The position numbers and the translations under genes were made by a program. Of a stretch of DNA of 64,000 nucleotides, positions 43,905 through 53,791 are shown in pieces. Below the pieces are notes generated by a model. The model was not told the origin of the DNA. It did not search any database and saw only the letters and a list, made by a program, of their open reading frames with translations. Positions within the stretch are counted from its first letter, which is position 1. The number at the start of each line of letters is the position of its first letter. The DNA comes from Caecitellus pseudoparvulus (Eukaryota; Protista; Bigyra: Bicosoecida), in assembly GCA_965644315.1 (NCBI GenBank), contig CBFFRQ010000042.1:372001-436000 (forward strand), read 5' to 3'.

Positions 43905-46466
43905 TCACCGGCCCAGGGCCTGCATGAGGCGCTGCTTGGTGGCCAGCAACTCAGCCATGGCACGGCCGACGTCCGGCGACGGCTGCGGCGGCGGCGCAGG
44001 CGGCTGCCACTGTCGGCCGCCCGCCTCTGAGGCTGTGGACACGATGGAGGAGTCCAGCACCTCTCCATACGGCGCCTGGAAGCTGTGGCTGTGCGGGGCA
44101 GACACAGCGGCAGGCGGTGGGCGCTGGCGCACAGCCTGCGCCCCGCCTGCTGCGCCCACCGCGGGCGAGCCCTGGGGCGTCACGGCGGCGACGGCAGAGG
44201 CGAAGCGGCCACCCTTGTGCTGGCGCTGCACTGCTGAGGCGTGGCGGGGGTCGGCAGGGGGGGGGGCAATCGGCGGGGCGTGCTGGGCTGGCCAGGAGTC
44301 ATGTGGGGAGGGGGCAGGGGGTGTGGGCTTCACATCCCACGGGGGGGGGGCGTGCTCAGCGGCCTGGGTGGCCCTTATAGTGGGTTCTGGAGGGGAGGGC
44401 TCTCGTGCGCGGGGGGGGCGTGCCAGGGGGGGGGTGGCCGCCCGTGCCCCCTGCCCCCCCCTGGCACTCTGGCGCTCAGCCCCCTCGCCAGGGGACGACC
44501 GGCGGCTGGCGGCTGCCCTGGGCGCCGGAGACTGCCCTCGCGGACCTGGCGTTCCTCGTAGGGACAGAGCCCACAGAGCGTCTTGGCTGGCACTGCCTGG
44601 CTGTACCACAGCACCAGAAAGCCCCCACTGGCTGAAGTCTGGCCGGCCAGGGGGGGGAGAGGCGCCCTGCGCCGCGACTTGGTCGGAAGGTGGGCCCACG
44701 CTGGCCCCACGTGGGGCCACGCTTGCCATGCGTGCGAAACTCTCTGTCGCATCCAGGTATCCGCCCCGCCGAGTGGAGAGGGGGGCGGCCCCTCCCCCCC
44801 CTGCAGCGGCCGCTGTCCGAGCACCGGCGGCGGCATACCCCGCCGCCGCACGGCTTGCCCGGCGCTGCCGAGCTCTGTGTGTTCCGTGTGGGTCACGTGC
44901 CACAGCCCGCTCGGATGTGCGCAGGCGGGGCGGGGCGGGCTCTGGCACGACACGGGACTGTCGTGGGCGCGGAGCACCCCCCCCCTCCTCCTCCTCCACT
45001 GCCGCCCCAGGCGTGCTGGCCAAGCGCAGTGCGGGGTGCTGTGTGTGCACTGCTGCGCCTTGCTCCTGCTCTGGCCCAGCCTCGCCGCCGCCGCGCCGCC
45101 GCACCCGCCCCAGCACCTCCACTGCTGCAGCGGCGGCGGAGGCTGCTGCGCCCAGGGCCGATGCAGCCGTGCTGCCATGCAGCCGCGTCGCGGCGTCCAG
45201 GGCCGAGGCAGCTGACGGTGCTAGCACGCCGTGGCCCTGCACGTGGCTACAGTGCGTGGCAGGGGGGGTGAGGTGGTCCCCCACCCCCCCTGCCCCACCC
45301 TGCCTCACGCAGTGGTCTGGGGGCAGGGTGGAGGCCAGGGTGGCGCCAGACACCCCACCACCATCGCTGGGGGAGGTGGGACTGCCCGGCGCCGAGGCGA
45401 GGGGGGAGGCGGTGACTGGCCTGCGTGCCCGGACAGGGGACGGCGACGTGGCCAGGCCATCCAGCACCACCACCTGGGGCAGGAGGTTGAGCAGGGCTGC
45501 CCGGTACGCCCGGGCAGGGGAGCCGGAGGGTGCAGTCTTGACCTGGCGCCCCCGTTCGTCGAGGACGCAGGCGTAGGGGGGGCACAGTGGGTTGCCCTCC
45601 AGCCACACGTGCGTCAGGGAGGTGCAGTGGGAGAGGGGGCGCAGGCACCGCACGCCGGCCAGGCGGTTGTGGCGTGCGTCCAGGCGCTGCAGGGCGGAGG
45701 CGCCCTCCAGGCCGGCCAGGGACGACACGGCGTTGTGGGAGATGTCCAGGAAGACGAGGGTGTGGGCGAGGGACAGGCCCCGCACGCGGGTGAGTTGGTT
45801 GTGGGCCAGGCGCAGGGCAGCCAAGCCGGGCAGGCGCCCCAGTGCCGCCAGGTCCCCCCGCAGACCGTTGTGGGCCAGGCGCAGGTCCTGAACGCCCGCT
45901 GAGAGGGGCGCCGCCACGGCCTGCGGGTCGAAGATGTTGTTGTGTGACAGGTCCAGGCAGCGCAGGGCGCCCTGCCCAGCCACAGTGGCCCGCACGACGC
46001 CCCCCACAGACCCGTCGTGCAGCCGTTTGTAGGACAGGTTCACGTCCACGGCAGCCGAGTCACGTGCAGCGTGAAGCTGCTCGTCCGGAGGACTTGCATG
46101 CCGTGTCTGTGTTTCCGTGCTTGCCTGCTGCTCTTCCGAAGGGGGGGTGGCAGGGCGACTGAGGAAGGCAGCAGCGTGCGGAAGTTGAGCCGCGGCAACC
46201 CTGCCTGCTCCGGAGCCCGGGCTGTGCCCCTGAGCCGCGCTGCTGGCTCCTGAAACCGTAGTACTGGTGTCACTCAGGTGCTGGTTCTGTCTGAAGGCCA
46301 GGGTGTGCTCCAGGGCTGCCCTGTGCGACTCTGGCAGGCCATGCTTGGCAGCAAAGGCCGCCGACACAGCCGCCGGGTCTGTCGCCCGCGTCACGGCAAT
46401 CTCCGCCGCCTTGCCATCGTGCAAGGCCACTTGCAGCCTGAACAGCACAGGAAGGTGCTGCTGCAT
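43905..46466 (-). CDS. SDS22-like leucine-rich-repeat protein with a long disordered C-terminus
   Basis: LDLSHNNI, LRLAHNGL, LRLAHNQL, LDISHNAV, LDARHNRL, VWLEGNPL and an LRR-cap (YRAALLNLLPQVVVLDG). N-terminal domain FRLQV..I.V...DP...AAFAAKHGL. The start codon is uncertain. Confidence 0.8.
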   Translation of the reverse strand: MQQHLPVLFRLQVALHDGKAAEIAVTRATDPAAVSAAFAAKHGLPESHRAALEHTLAFRQNQHLSDTSTTVSGASSAAQGHSPGSGAGRVAAAQLPHAAAFLSRPATPPSEEQQASTETQTRHASPPDEQLHAARDSAAVDVNLSYKRLHDGSVGGVVRATVAGQGALRCLDLSHNNIFDPQAVAAPLSAGVQDLRLAHNGLRGDLAALGRLPGLAALRLAHNQLTRVRGLSLAHTLVFLDISHNAVSSLAGLEGASALQRLDARHNRLAGVRCLRPLSHCTSLTHVWLEGNPLCPPYACVLDERGRQVKTAPSGSPARAYRAALLNLLPQVVVLDGLATSPSPVRARRPVTASPLASAPGSPTSPSDGGGVSGATLASTLPPDHCVRQGGAGGVGDHLTPPATHCSHVQGHGVLAPSAASALDAATRLHGSTAASALGAAASAAAAAVEVLGRVRRRGGGEAGPEQEQGAAVHTQHPALRLASTPGAAVEEEEGGGAPRPRQSRVVPEPAPPRLRTSERAVARDPHGTHRARQRRASRAAAGYAAAGARTAAAAGGGGAAPLSTRRGGYLDATESFARMASVAPRGASVGPPSDQVAAQGASPPPGRPDFSQWGLSGAVVQPGSASQDALWALSLRGTPGPRGQSPAPRAAASRRSSPGEGAERQSARGGQGARAATPPLARPPRAREPSPPEPTIRATQAAEHAPPPWDVKPTPPAPSPHDSWPAQHAPPIAPPPADPRHASAVQRQHKGGRFASAVAAVTPQGSPAVGAAGGAQAVRQRPPPAAVSAPHSHSFQAPYGEVLDSSIVSTASEAGGRQWQPPAPPPQPSPDVGRAMAELLATKQRLMQALGR

Positions 46467-46941
46467 GCTAGATTCGCGCAGAGCAAACCCGTGTGCAGGC
46501 GCCACGGCCGCGGCTGGCTCCCGAGGCGAGTCGCAGGCGGCGGTGCACTGGCCTGCGCCTGCCGGTCACTGCCACAGCGCCCCCTGTGGCATGCTCAGAG
46601 CAGTGCCAAGGTGCTCGTGCACTACCTGGCGCGGCCAGACAGCGAAGCGGTGGCCACGGCGATTTGTGTTGCTCAACGGCAATGTGAGGACAAGCCAGAG
46701 AGAAAGCAGAAAAAAATCTCTGCCAGAGACAGCAGCCCGGCACACCTCACCGCGCCTGGCAAACTCAACTCCCTAAACACACACAATAAAGCACACATCG
46801 TGAGCTGACGCTGGCCCTCCTTCAGCACTGCCACTTGCAGCACACCGCACCTGATCTGGCCCGGTGCTGTGGAAGCGACCACTGCGCACATCAGAGCAGC
46901 ACATCAGCAGCCCGGCGCCCCCACACCAGGCAAGCCCCACC

Positions 46942-48118
46942 ATGGCTGCCGCCGCGAAGGAAGGAGAGGACTGGTTCAGACGCCAGAAGGAACTGAAGGG
47001 GTGGCATCAGGGAGCCTTGGAAGGCTTGCATGCCCTCGTTCTGGGAGGTGTGTGGGCGCACAGCCACCACGCCGAAACGCCAGCGCCCATGCGAATGGCC
47101 CCCACTTCGCAGCCGGAGGCCTTGGCACCACCATCAGCATGGACTTGTGCAGGCTGGGTGTGCGAAAGATCACCCTGGTCGACTATGACGTCGTGGGTGC
47201 GTGCCGGGCGTGCGCAGGCGGTCAGGGATGGCTGGGAGCACCACCACTGCTGGCGCCGTCACAGATGACCACAACCTGAACCGCCAAATCCTGTACCACA
47301 AGGCCCACGTGGGCAAGCCCAAGGTGGACTGTGCCAAGGAGGTGCTGGATGCCAGCCACAACCTGCGCAGCGAGGTGGTGGCTGTGAACACTGACGCCGT
47401 GAAGCGCTGGGGCGACATCGTGGACATCACGCGCGGCGTGTACCGCGCCGAGGGGGAGGAGGGCGCGCCCGCCCCCGCCGACCCCGTGGACATCATTTTC
47501 AACAGTATTGACTACGGCGACGCCTTTGACCACGCCGTGTCCGCGCTCTGCCTGCGCCTGGACCTGCCCGTCATCCTCGGCGGCACGGAGCCCTGGTACG
47601 GCCACACCGTGTCCTTTTTCTTCCAGGAACAGCGCTCCGTGGCTGGGTCCGGGCCATGCTTCGGCTGTGCCCATGACAGCGACAGCGTCAAGGCGTCTGA
47701 CATCGCCACAGTGCAGCCCGACAAGGTGCTGGGCCTGCGGGACATCTCCCACCTGCCCAAGGACGTGTACCCGGACAAGGGGGGCTCCACCACCTTCAGC
47801 GCTGGCACCTGCAGCCACATGATGGTGAGCCAGATGGTGCAGTACCTCCTGCGCAAGCGGGACTTTGCGGCAGTGGTGGCGCAGGCGGAGGCGGACGGCA
47901 CGGCCCCGCCGCCGTACAGCAGTGAAGACGCCTCCCCCCACCGCGTGCCCCCAAAAAACACCGTCATCTTCAACATGATTTCTTTCGAAAGCCAGGGCTG
48001 GCGCACAGCCCGCAGCTGCGGCTGCCTCCTCTGCAAGGACTACCACCCAGAGTGGGAAGCCAAGGAGCCAGAGGCCGCCCCTGCAGAAGGCGCCGCCGAG
48101 GTAAAATTGGAAGACTAA
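46942..48118 (+). CDS. Stand-alone ThiF/MoeB-family (E1-like) adenylyltransferase; 3 exons
   Basis: FRRQ..LVLGAGGLG, TLVDYDVVDDHNLNRQILY..VGKPKVDCA, and Zn sites CFGC and CLLC. Introns about 47048..47112 and 47197..47263. Confidence 0.85.
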
Positions 48119-48310
48119 AGACGCCGAAAATGCAGTGTTTCCTACACTGGTCGGTGCACACGCGAGCCCCTGCGCTCCCCTTTTTTCGCGTGCTTGCGAT
48201 TGGCGGCCCACGCCGCCTGCGCTGCGACCCGAGGTCGGCGCCGAAGCGATTTCCGCAGCAGCACCGTCAGGCAGAGCCTTCTGTGACGCCGGCACGGCGC
48301 GGCGTGCACC

Positions 48311-49471
48311 ATGCCGCCCAAGCGAAAGAGCCAAGATGAAGGTAGGTGCTGCCATTCGTGCTCGAGTGTGCGGGACAGCTCTGCGGCGCAGGCACTGGCC
48401 TCACCCCCGGCACCGCGCAGTGGACTACGAGGAGGAACTGCTGAGCAACTACAAGCGCGTGTGCAAGTGCGTGGCCGCAGCACGCCGCAGGGTGGCATCC
48501 CCTGCACCACCCTGCTCCCCCTGCGCAGGGCCCTGGGCATCCCCGAGAGCAAGGAGCTGCTGGCGTCCCTGTTTCCCGCCGAGCAGAGCAAGGGCAAGGA
48601 GGCGGAGCACATCCAGCAAGTGTGCGTGGACAGCAAGCTGGGCGCGCTGGGCACACGCGCCCTGGCGGCGGCCGTCCTCGGCAAGGGGCAGGGCATGAAG
48701 TCACACTACCCCTTCCTGCGCTCCCTGCGCTTCTGGGAGGCGGAGACGGGGGACGCGGGGGTGGCCGCTGTGGCCGCCCTGCTCAAGGTGGGCCCACCCC
48801 TCGTCGCCCTGGGCAACGTGGAGTTCATGAACTGCGGCGTGGGTCCAGAGGGCTGCTGGGCGCTGGGCGATGCCCTCATGCTGGGCGCCAACACCTCCCT
48901 GCAAACGCTCTCTCTGGACATAAACCCGGGCATCGCTGACGCAGGCACCATGCAGCTGTGCGAGGGCCTGCGCAGCAACCCCACCCTCACCAAGCTGCAG
49001 CTGTCCTACTGCGAGGTGGCGGCGGATGGCGCCGCGGCGCTGGCAGAGGTGCTGTCCATGCCCACCTGTGCGCTGAAGAGCCTGGACCTGTCCGGCAACC
49101 GCCTGGGCAGCGAGGGGCTGGCATCCCTCGCCTCAGGGTTGGCGGCCAACACGTCGCTGGAGGAGCTGAACCTCGCCGACAACGGCATCGGGGCGACGGT
49201 GGACGACGCCATGACCATCGACGCGCTGACGGCGCTGGGGGAGGTGCTGGTCAGCACCACCTGTCCCCTGGCGGTGGTGGACCTCACCCTCAACTCCCTG
49301 GATGCGCCCATGGCAGAGCACTTGGTGCAGTACCTGGGCTCCGACAACACCAAGGTGCGGGGGTTCCTCGTGGACGCCGCCCTGCCGCCTGACCTGTACG
49401 ACAAGCTGCTGCGCCTGGACAAGGGCAAGAAGAAGAAGAAGAAGAAGAAGGGCGGCAAGAAGAAGAAGTGA
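48311..49471 (+). CDS. RNI-like LRR protein with a poly-lysine C-terminal tail; 3 exons
   Basis: 28-residue RNI-type repeats (LQTLSLDINPGI, LTKLQLSYCEV, LKSLDLSGNRL, LEELNLADNGI) and the tail GKKKKKKKKGGKKKK. Introns about 48342..48420 and 48468..48528. Confidence 0.85.
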   Translation: MPPKRKSQDEGRCCHSCSSVRDSSAAQALASPPAPRSGLRGGTAEQLQARVQVRGRSTPQGGIPCTTLLPLRRALGIPESKELLASLFPAEQSKGKEAEHIQQVCVDSKLGALGTRALAAAVLGKGQGMKSHYPFLRSLRFWEAETGDAGVAAVAALLKVGPPLVALGNVEFMNCGVGPEGCWALGDALMLGANTSLQTLSLDINPGIADAGTMQLCEGLRSNPTLTKLQLSYCEVAADGAAALAEVLSMPTCALKSLDLSGNRLGSEGLASLASGLAANTSLEELNLADNGIGATVDDAMTIDALTALGEVLVSTTCPLAVVDLTLNSLDAPMAEHLVQYLGSDNTKVRGFLVDAALPPDLYDKLLRLDKGKKKKKKKKGGKKKK

Positions 49472-49512
49472 GGGGGGGTTGGCAATGCACAGAGCACAGT
49501 GAATTGTGGCGC

Positions 49513-51565
49513 CTAGGCCTGGCCGGCGGCAGGGGTTGCCTCAGCCGGCGCAGCGCCCTCTGCCTCCGCCGCCGCCGGGGTGGCTGCTGGTGACGCTGCT
49601 GGGATGAACTCGTCAGGCACCTTGGCGTTGGCGCCAGCCAGCCCTGCCGTCTGCTCCGGCTGCGTGTTGCGGAAGTCGGCGAAGGAGTGCTGGCGGCTCT
49701 CTGCCAGGAGGTTGTGCCCCTCCTCCCCCTCCTCGTACGGCTTGAGGTTCAGGTACTTGAAGGTGTGCCAGTTGTCCACCTTGTCCCCCGTGATGGGGTT
49801 CACGAAGGAGCCCTTGGTGAACATGCGCGGCTCCCAGGGCTTGAACTCGTCGCCCTTCTTGTGGCAGGCCAGCAGGCGCTGGTCCTCCTCCAGCAGGCCC
49901 TTGCTCTTGTCCACGTCGCCCCACTCCACCGTCGGCCGCGCGTTGAGCATGAGGGACGTGCGCGCCCACAGGCGGCGAGACTCCCACGGCCCCTGCAGGT
50001 GGATGGGCAGCACGCGCTTGGGCAGGATGGGCTCCGCCTTGGTGTCCAGGAACAACGCCTTGGCGCCGCCAGTGCGCGTGATGTGCATCTTGTCGTTCCA
50101 GTAGCCCTCCACCACTGCCACCTGCTTGCCGTTCTCCGTGATGGTGGCGGTGACCTTGTTGATGTTGTCCTCGCCGCCCCAGAAGGGCTTCTGGTGCCAC
50201 GTGAACTCTGCCTTGCACTTGGTCTTGGCGCAGTAGATGACGGAGGCGCCGCCGTACTCCATGCGCAGCGTGCCCATGAGCAGGTTGTGCGCGTTGGCGT
50301 CAGGGTACGTGATCCAGTAGCTCTCGTCCTTGTCTGTCAGGGTCAGCGTGGCGCCGCCCTCCAGGATGCTCATGGCGCTCTGGGGCGCGGCGAACTTTGA
50401 CCTGCGCAGGGTGGCCAGGCAGATTTGTGTGAAGGCAGGCGGAGGCGGCGTGCCGCCTGCGGGCCTGGACGTGGCCAGGGCGGGCCGAGGAAGTGGGCGG
50501 AAAATGAAGCACACCGTCTGAAACGCAGGTCGCTGCCCGACGCCAGCACGACCCGCGCCGCGCCAGCGCCCAAACATCCAAGCGTGTGAAACAAACAAGT
50601 GGCACCCTGCCTGCCCGTCAGCCAACGACCGCTCACCCCCCGCAGCTTGGCACACGGGGAAGGCTGCACAGCCCATGGGACATGCACCCAACGGAAAGCA
50701 GCCAGGCGCGGCACGCACCGAGTGTGCACCTGCCCAGTGCAGACGATGTTGTTCTTGCGGTTCTCAAAGTAGAAGGCGGTCACGGGGGGTCGGTGCAGCA
50801 CCTGTGCAGCACGCAGACACACGGGACTGCCGGCTCCGCATCACCCAAGCGCCGCATGTGCCACTGCCTCACCTGCTCCCCAACATACTGCGAGCGACTG
50901 CCGTCGTCGTGCTCCCAGGTGGCGGCAAAGGACTCCCCGATGATGGGGTTGTACGGCTTCTTCACTCCCTGCGGCAGCCAGGCGTCGCGCGGCGTGGCGT
51001 GGTGGTCACACGTGCGCTGGGAAAGGGCCAACAGCAGCGGCCCAACCACACAGCGTGCATGCCGCGGCGCTGCGTCCAGGGCGCGCCCCACTCACCGGCA
51101 ACTTGTAGTGCCATCCACTGAGGTACCACTTGGTGAGCGCCACCATGCGATCGGCGGGCGTCTTGGCTTGCCCGACGCTGCAGGCGCGGGAGGTGGTGCG
51201 TGCGCCTGTGGTTCGGCGTGCACGGCGGACTGGCGCACGCACTGAATGAGCAGGTCTGGGTGCATCAACGTGTCGGCCATCTTCTCCAGCAGGCTCCGGC
51301 TCTCCAGGAACCAGGAGGGGATGGTGACCCGGGTCAGGTCCTGCCCTGGCATCAGGGACCGCACCAAGTGACCCATCATGCTGGGGTGCTCCAGCTCGTC
51401 CGTGTTGTGCGCGCCGCCCAGCGTCTCGGGCGCGTCTGTCTCACAGGCCGCCAGGAGCTGCTCTCCTGTCAGCTCCATGGGCTCCAGGCCGTGTCGCTGT
51501 GCGTCGCTGGCGCCGGCCAGGGCAGGCGCCACGCCACTGCCGCTGCTGGTGTCAGCTGCAGCCAT
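49513..51565 (-). CDS. Oxysterol-binding protein-related lipid transfer protein (short ORD-only type); about 5 exons
   Basis: GQDLTRVTIPSWFLESRSLLEK, KKPYNPIIGESF, EQVLHRPP (fingerprint variant), HQKPFWGG and QGPWESRRLW. Confidence 0.92.
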
Positions 51566-51952
51566 GGTGGGATTGTGGACAGGAGAAGACGAGGCAAGAG
51601 GGCCGGCACGAGCCAGGCAGCAGTCCGTCGACGAGTACGGGCTAGGACTTGCTGCGGAGTGGACACAGCAGGCATGAATTGCACCGCCTTGCTGGCTTGT
51701 CGCAGTGCGCAGGGAGGGTTGAGAAGGGGGGGGGGGTCACAGTCTGACCCAGCTTCCCTCGCCCAAGCCTTGCCCACGTGCCTCAACACACGCCACTGGC
51801 AAAAAACAAGTGAACAACACCAGCAGTCGCTCCCAGGCCATGCTGTGTTGGTGCGGTAAACGTGTCCACCCTGGTCCGATCACAGGGGCTGCCGCAGAGT
51901 TTCATCTGCGTTTCTGGAAATCCCCCGCCACGTGACCGCCCTCCCCTGCAGC

Positions 51953-52726
51953 ATGGCAGGGCGAGGGGACACGCTGAAGTGGTTTCAGGACGCCCGACCA
52001 GCCGCCCAGGCGCAGCCCAACCTCACTGGTGGCGGGTCTTTCTGGTCGTCGGGGGCAGCCAGCGCGGCCGCCCAGCCTGCGCCTGGCGCCACCGCTCCCG
52101 TGGCGCCCAGCCCCGCCGGGCCTGCCACGCCCTGGGCAGGCATGAGTGCCATGTTCGGACGAGGGGCACAGGAAGGCACACCTGCCTCTCCGCAGCCTGG
52201 CCAGGGCTCTGGGCTCTTCGGCAGCTTCACGGCGCAACCTGACGAGTGGGCCTGCGGCCTGTCGCAGTGGCAGCGCCTGCAGGTGTTCCTGCTGCTCATG
52301 GCCGCCGCTGCCGTGCTGCTGGGCATGGCCCTCTTCGTGTTCCTGCCCATGGCGCTGGTGTTCCCGGGCAAGTTCGCCATGACCTTCACCGTCGGCTCCC
52401 TCGCCTTCATGGCCGCCTTCGCCATGCTGCGCGGCCCCCGCACCACGGCCGCCAGCCTCTTCGCCCCCGACCGCGCCGTCTTCACCACCGCATACCTGGG
52501 CAGCATGCTGCTCACACTCTACGCCACCTTTGTCGCCAAGACCTACCTGCTCATCATGCTGGCCACCGGCGTGCAGAGCGCCGCTTTGGCGTGGTATGGC
52601 GCCAGCTACGTCCCGGGCGGCGCCGCCGGCATGTCCTGGCTCTCTGGGCTCTGCTGGCGCGTGACGACGTCCACTGCCAGGGGCGTTGCGTCGCAGGTGT
52701 CCTCTGCGGCGTCTGGGTCAGGCTGA
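51953..52726 (+). CDS. SFT2: Vesicle transport protein SFT2/Got1 family
   Basis: GLSQWQRLQVF..FLPMALVFPGKFAMTFTVGS..LRGP..FTTAYLGSMLLTLY..QSAALAWYGASYVPGG. Confidence 0.9.
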   Translation: MAGRGDTLKWFQDARPAAQAQPNLTGGGSFWSSGAASAAAQPAPGATAPVAPSPAGPATPWAGMSAMFGRGAQEGTPASPQPGQGSGLFGSFTAQPDEWACGLSQWQRLQVFLLLMAAAAVLLGMALFVFLPMALVFPGKFAMTFTVGSLAFMAAFAMLRGPRTTAASLFAPDRAVFTTAYLGSMLLTLYATFVAKTYLLIMLATGVQSAALAWYGASYVPGGAAGMSWLSGLCWRVTTSTARGVASQVSSAASGSG

Positions 52727-53310
52727 GTCGGCCGTCGCCGCGACCGGAAACGCAGCGGGGCTGCACGGCGCCCCCAGCCAGCTTCCTGGCGCAGTGCCTG
52801 CCATGCCGCAGCCACGACTCGAGAACAGGCATTGGCACACGCGAAGGGGTCGCCACTGAGGGCTGTGTCGCCCCGCTGCCGCGCAGGCGCAGTGCGCGCC
52901 ACCCACCGCTGCAAACCAAGCGCTTGACTCCACAATCGCTGCCACACAGCTGCAGCGGCAGGGGAGGGCGCCTCGCAGGCCTTGCGTTGCAGCAAGGTTT
53001 GCTGGTTGTGAGTCTTGCAGTGTGCACAGGCGCACGGGCGTGTCGGCAGCACAGGCTGGTGAGCTGTCGCGGCGTGAGCGTGCGTCGAGTGTGTCGCTGC
53101 GGCGCGAGGCAGGCTCCCGCTGCCAGGGCACACCCAGGCTACAGCCGCCCGGCCTTCCAGCACTTTCCGCATCTCTTGAATGCAAATGGCCCACACTGCC
53201 GCGTGCAGCGCCTCAGGCAGCGCAGGCGCGTGGGGGCGGTGCACCGCGCGTTGCTGGCTCGACGGCCTGCACGGCACAGCTGCGTCGCCGTCTCCTGGTG
53301 GGCCAGCCAT
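52606..53310 (-). CDS. Possible small hypothetical gene
   Basis: A 234-aa ORF with a GCCATGG context fills an otherwise empty 1-kb gap. It has no recognisable motif and overlaps the SFT2 3' end antisense. Confidence 0.2.
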   Translation of the reverse strand: MAGPPGDGDAAVPCRPSSQQRAVHRPHAPALPEALHAAVWAICIQEMRKVLEGRAAVAWVCPGSGSLPRAAATHSTHAHAATAHQPVLPTRPCACAHCKTHNQQTLLQRKACEAPSPAAAAVWQRLWSQALGLQRWVARTAPARQRGDTALSGDPFACANACSRVVAAAWQALRQEAGWGRRAAPLRFRSRRRPTQPDPDAAEDTCDATPLAVDVVTRQQSPESQDMPAAPPGT

Positions 53311-53791
53311 GGCTGTGGGGTAGACTCGGATGTGTGTAGGGTGTACAAGAGGTAGTTAGGCTCCGTGGTTGGAGATGTGGCAGAGAATTGTGCCAACAAA
53401 GGAAGAACTTATGGTGGATCCAAGCGTTTTTAGCACGTTTGTGGAGAAGACGCCGGATCCCGCTGACTTGCTTGGATCGTTCTTTTTCTGTTTCACCCGG
53501 GCAGGCCAGGATTATAAAAAATAACCGCCCCAGGGCACCACTGCCCCCACTCGCAAACTTCCATCGCCTGCCTGGCCTGGGAAGCTGCTCCCTGTGCAGC
53601 GTTTCAAGCGTTCCAGCCGGGCCGTGTGCCGCAGGGCGGCTCCCACACCAGTAGAGGCGGTGGGGGCAGCCTGTTGCAAAGGAGATCTGAAGCGCCTGCG
53701 GCAAGGGACAGCCCGCATCGAGGCAAGGGCAGCACAAAGCACCTGTCGCGAGCTTGCGGTGTGGCTGTGAGCCGCAGCTGCTGCGTGGGCC

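Noticed and set aside
49427-49468. (AAG)n microsatellite
   Set aside because: It encodes the poly-Lys tail of the LRR protein.
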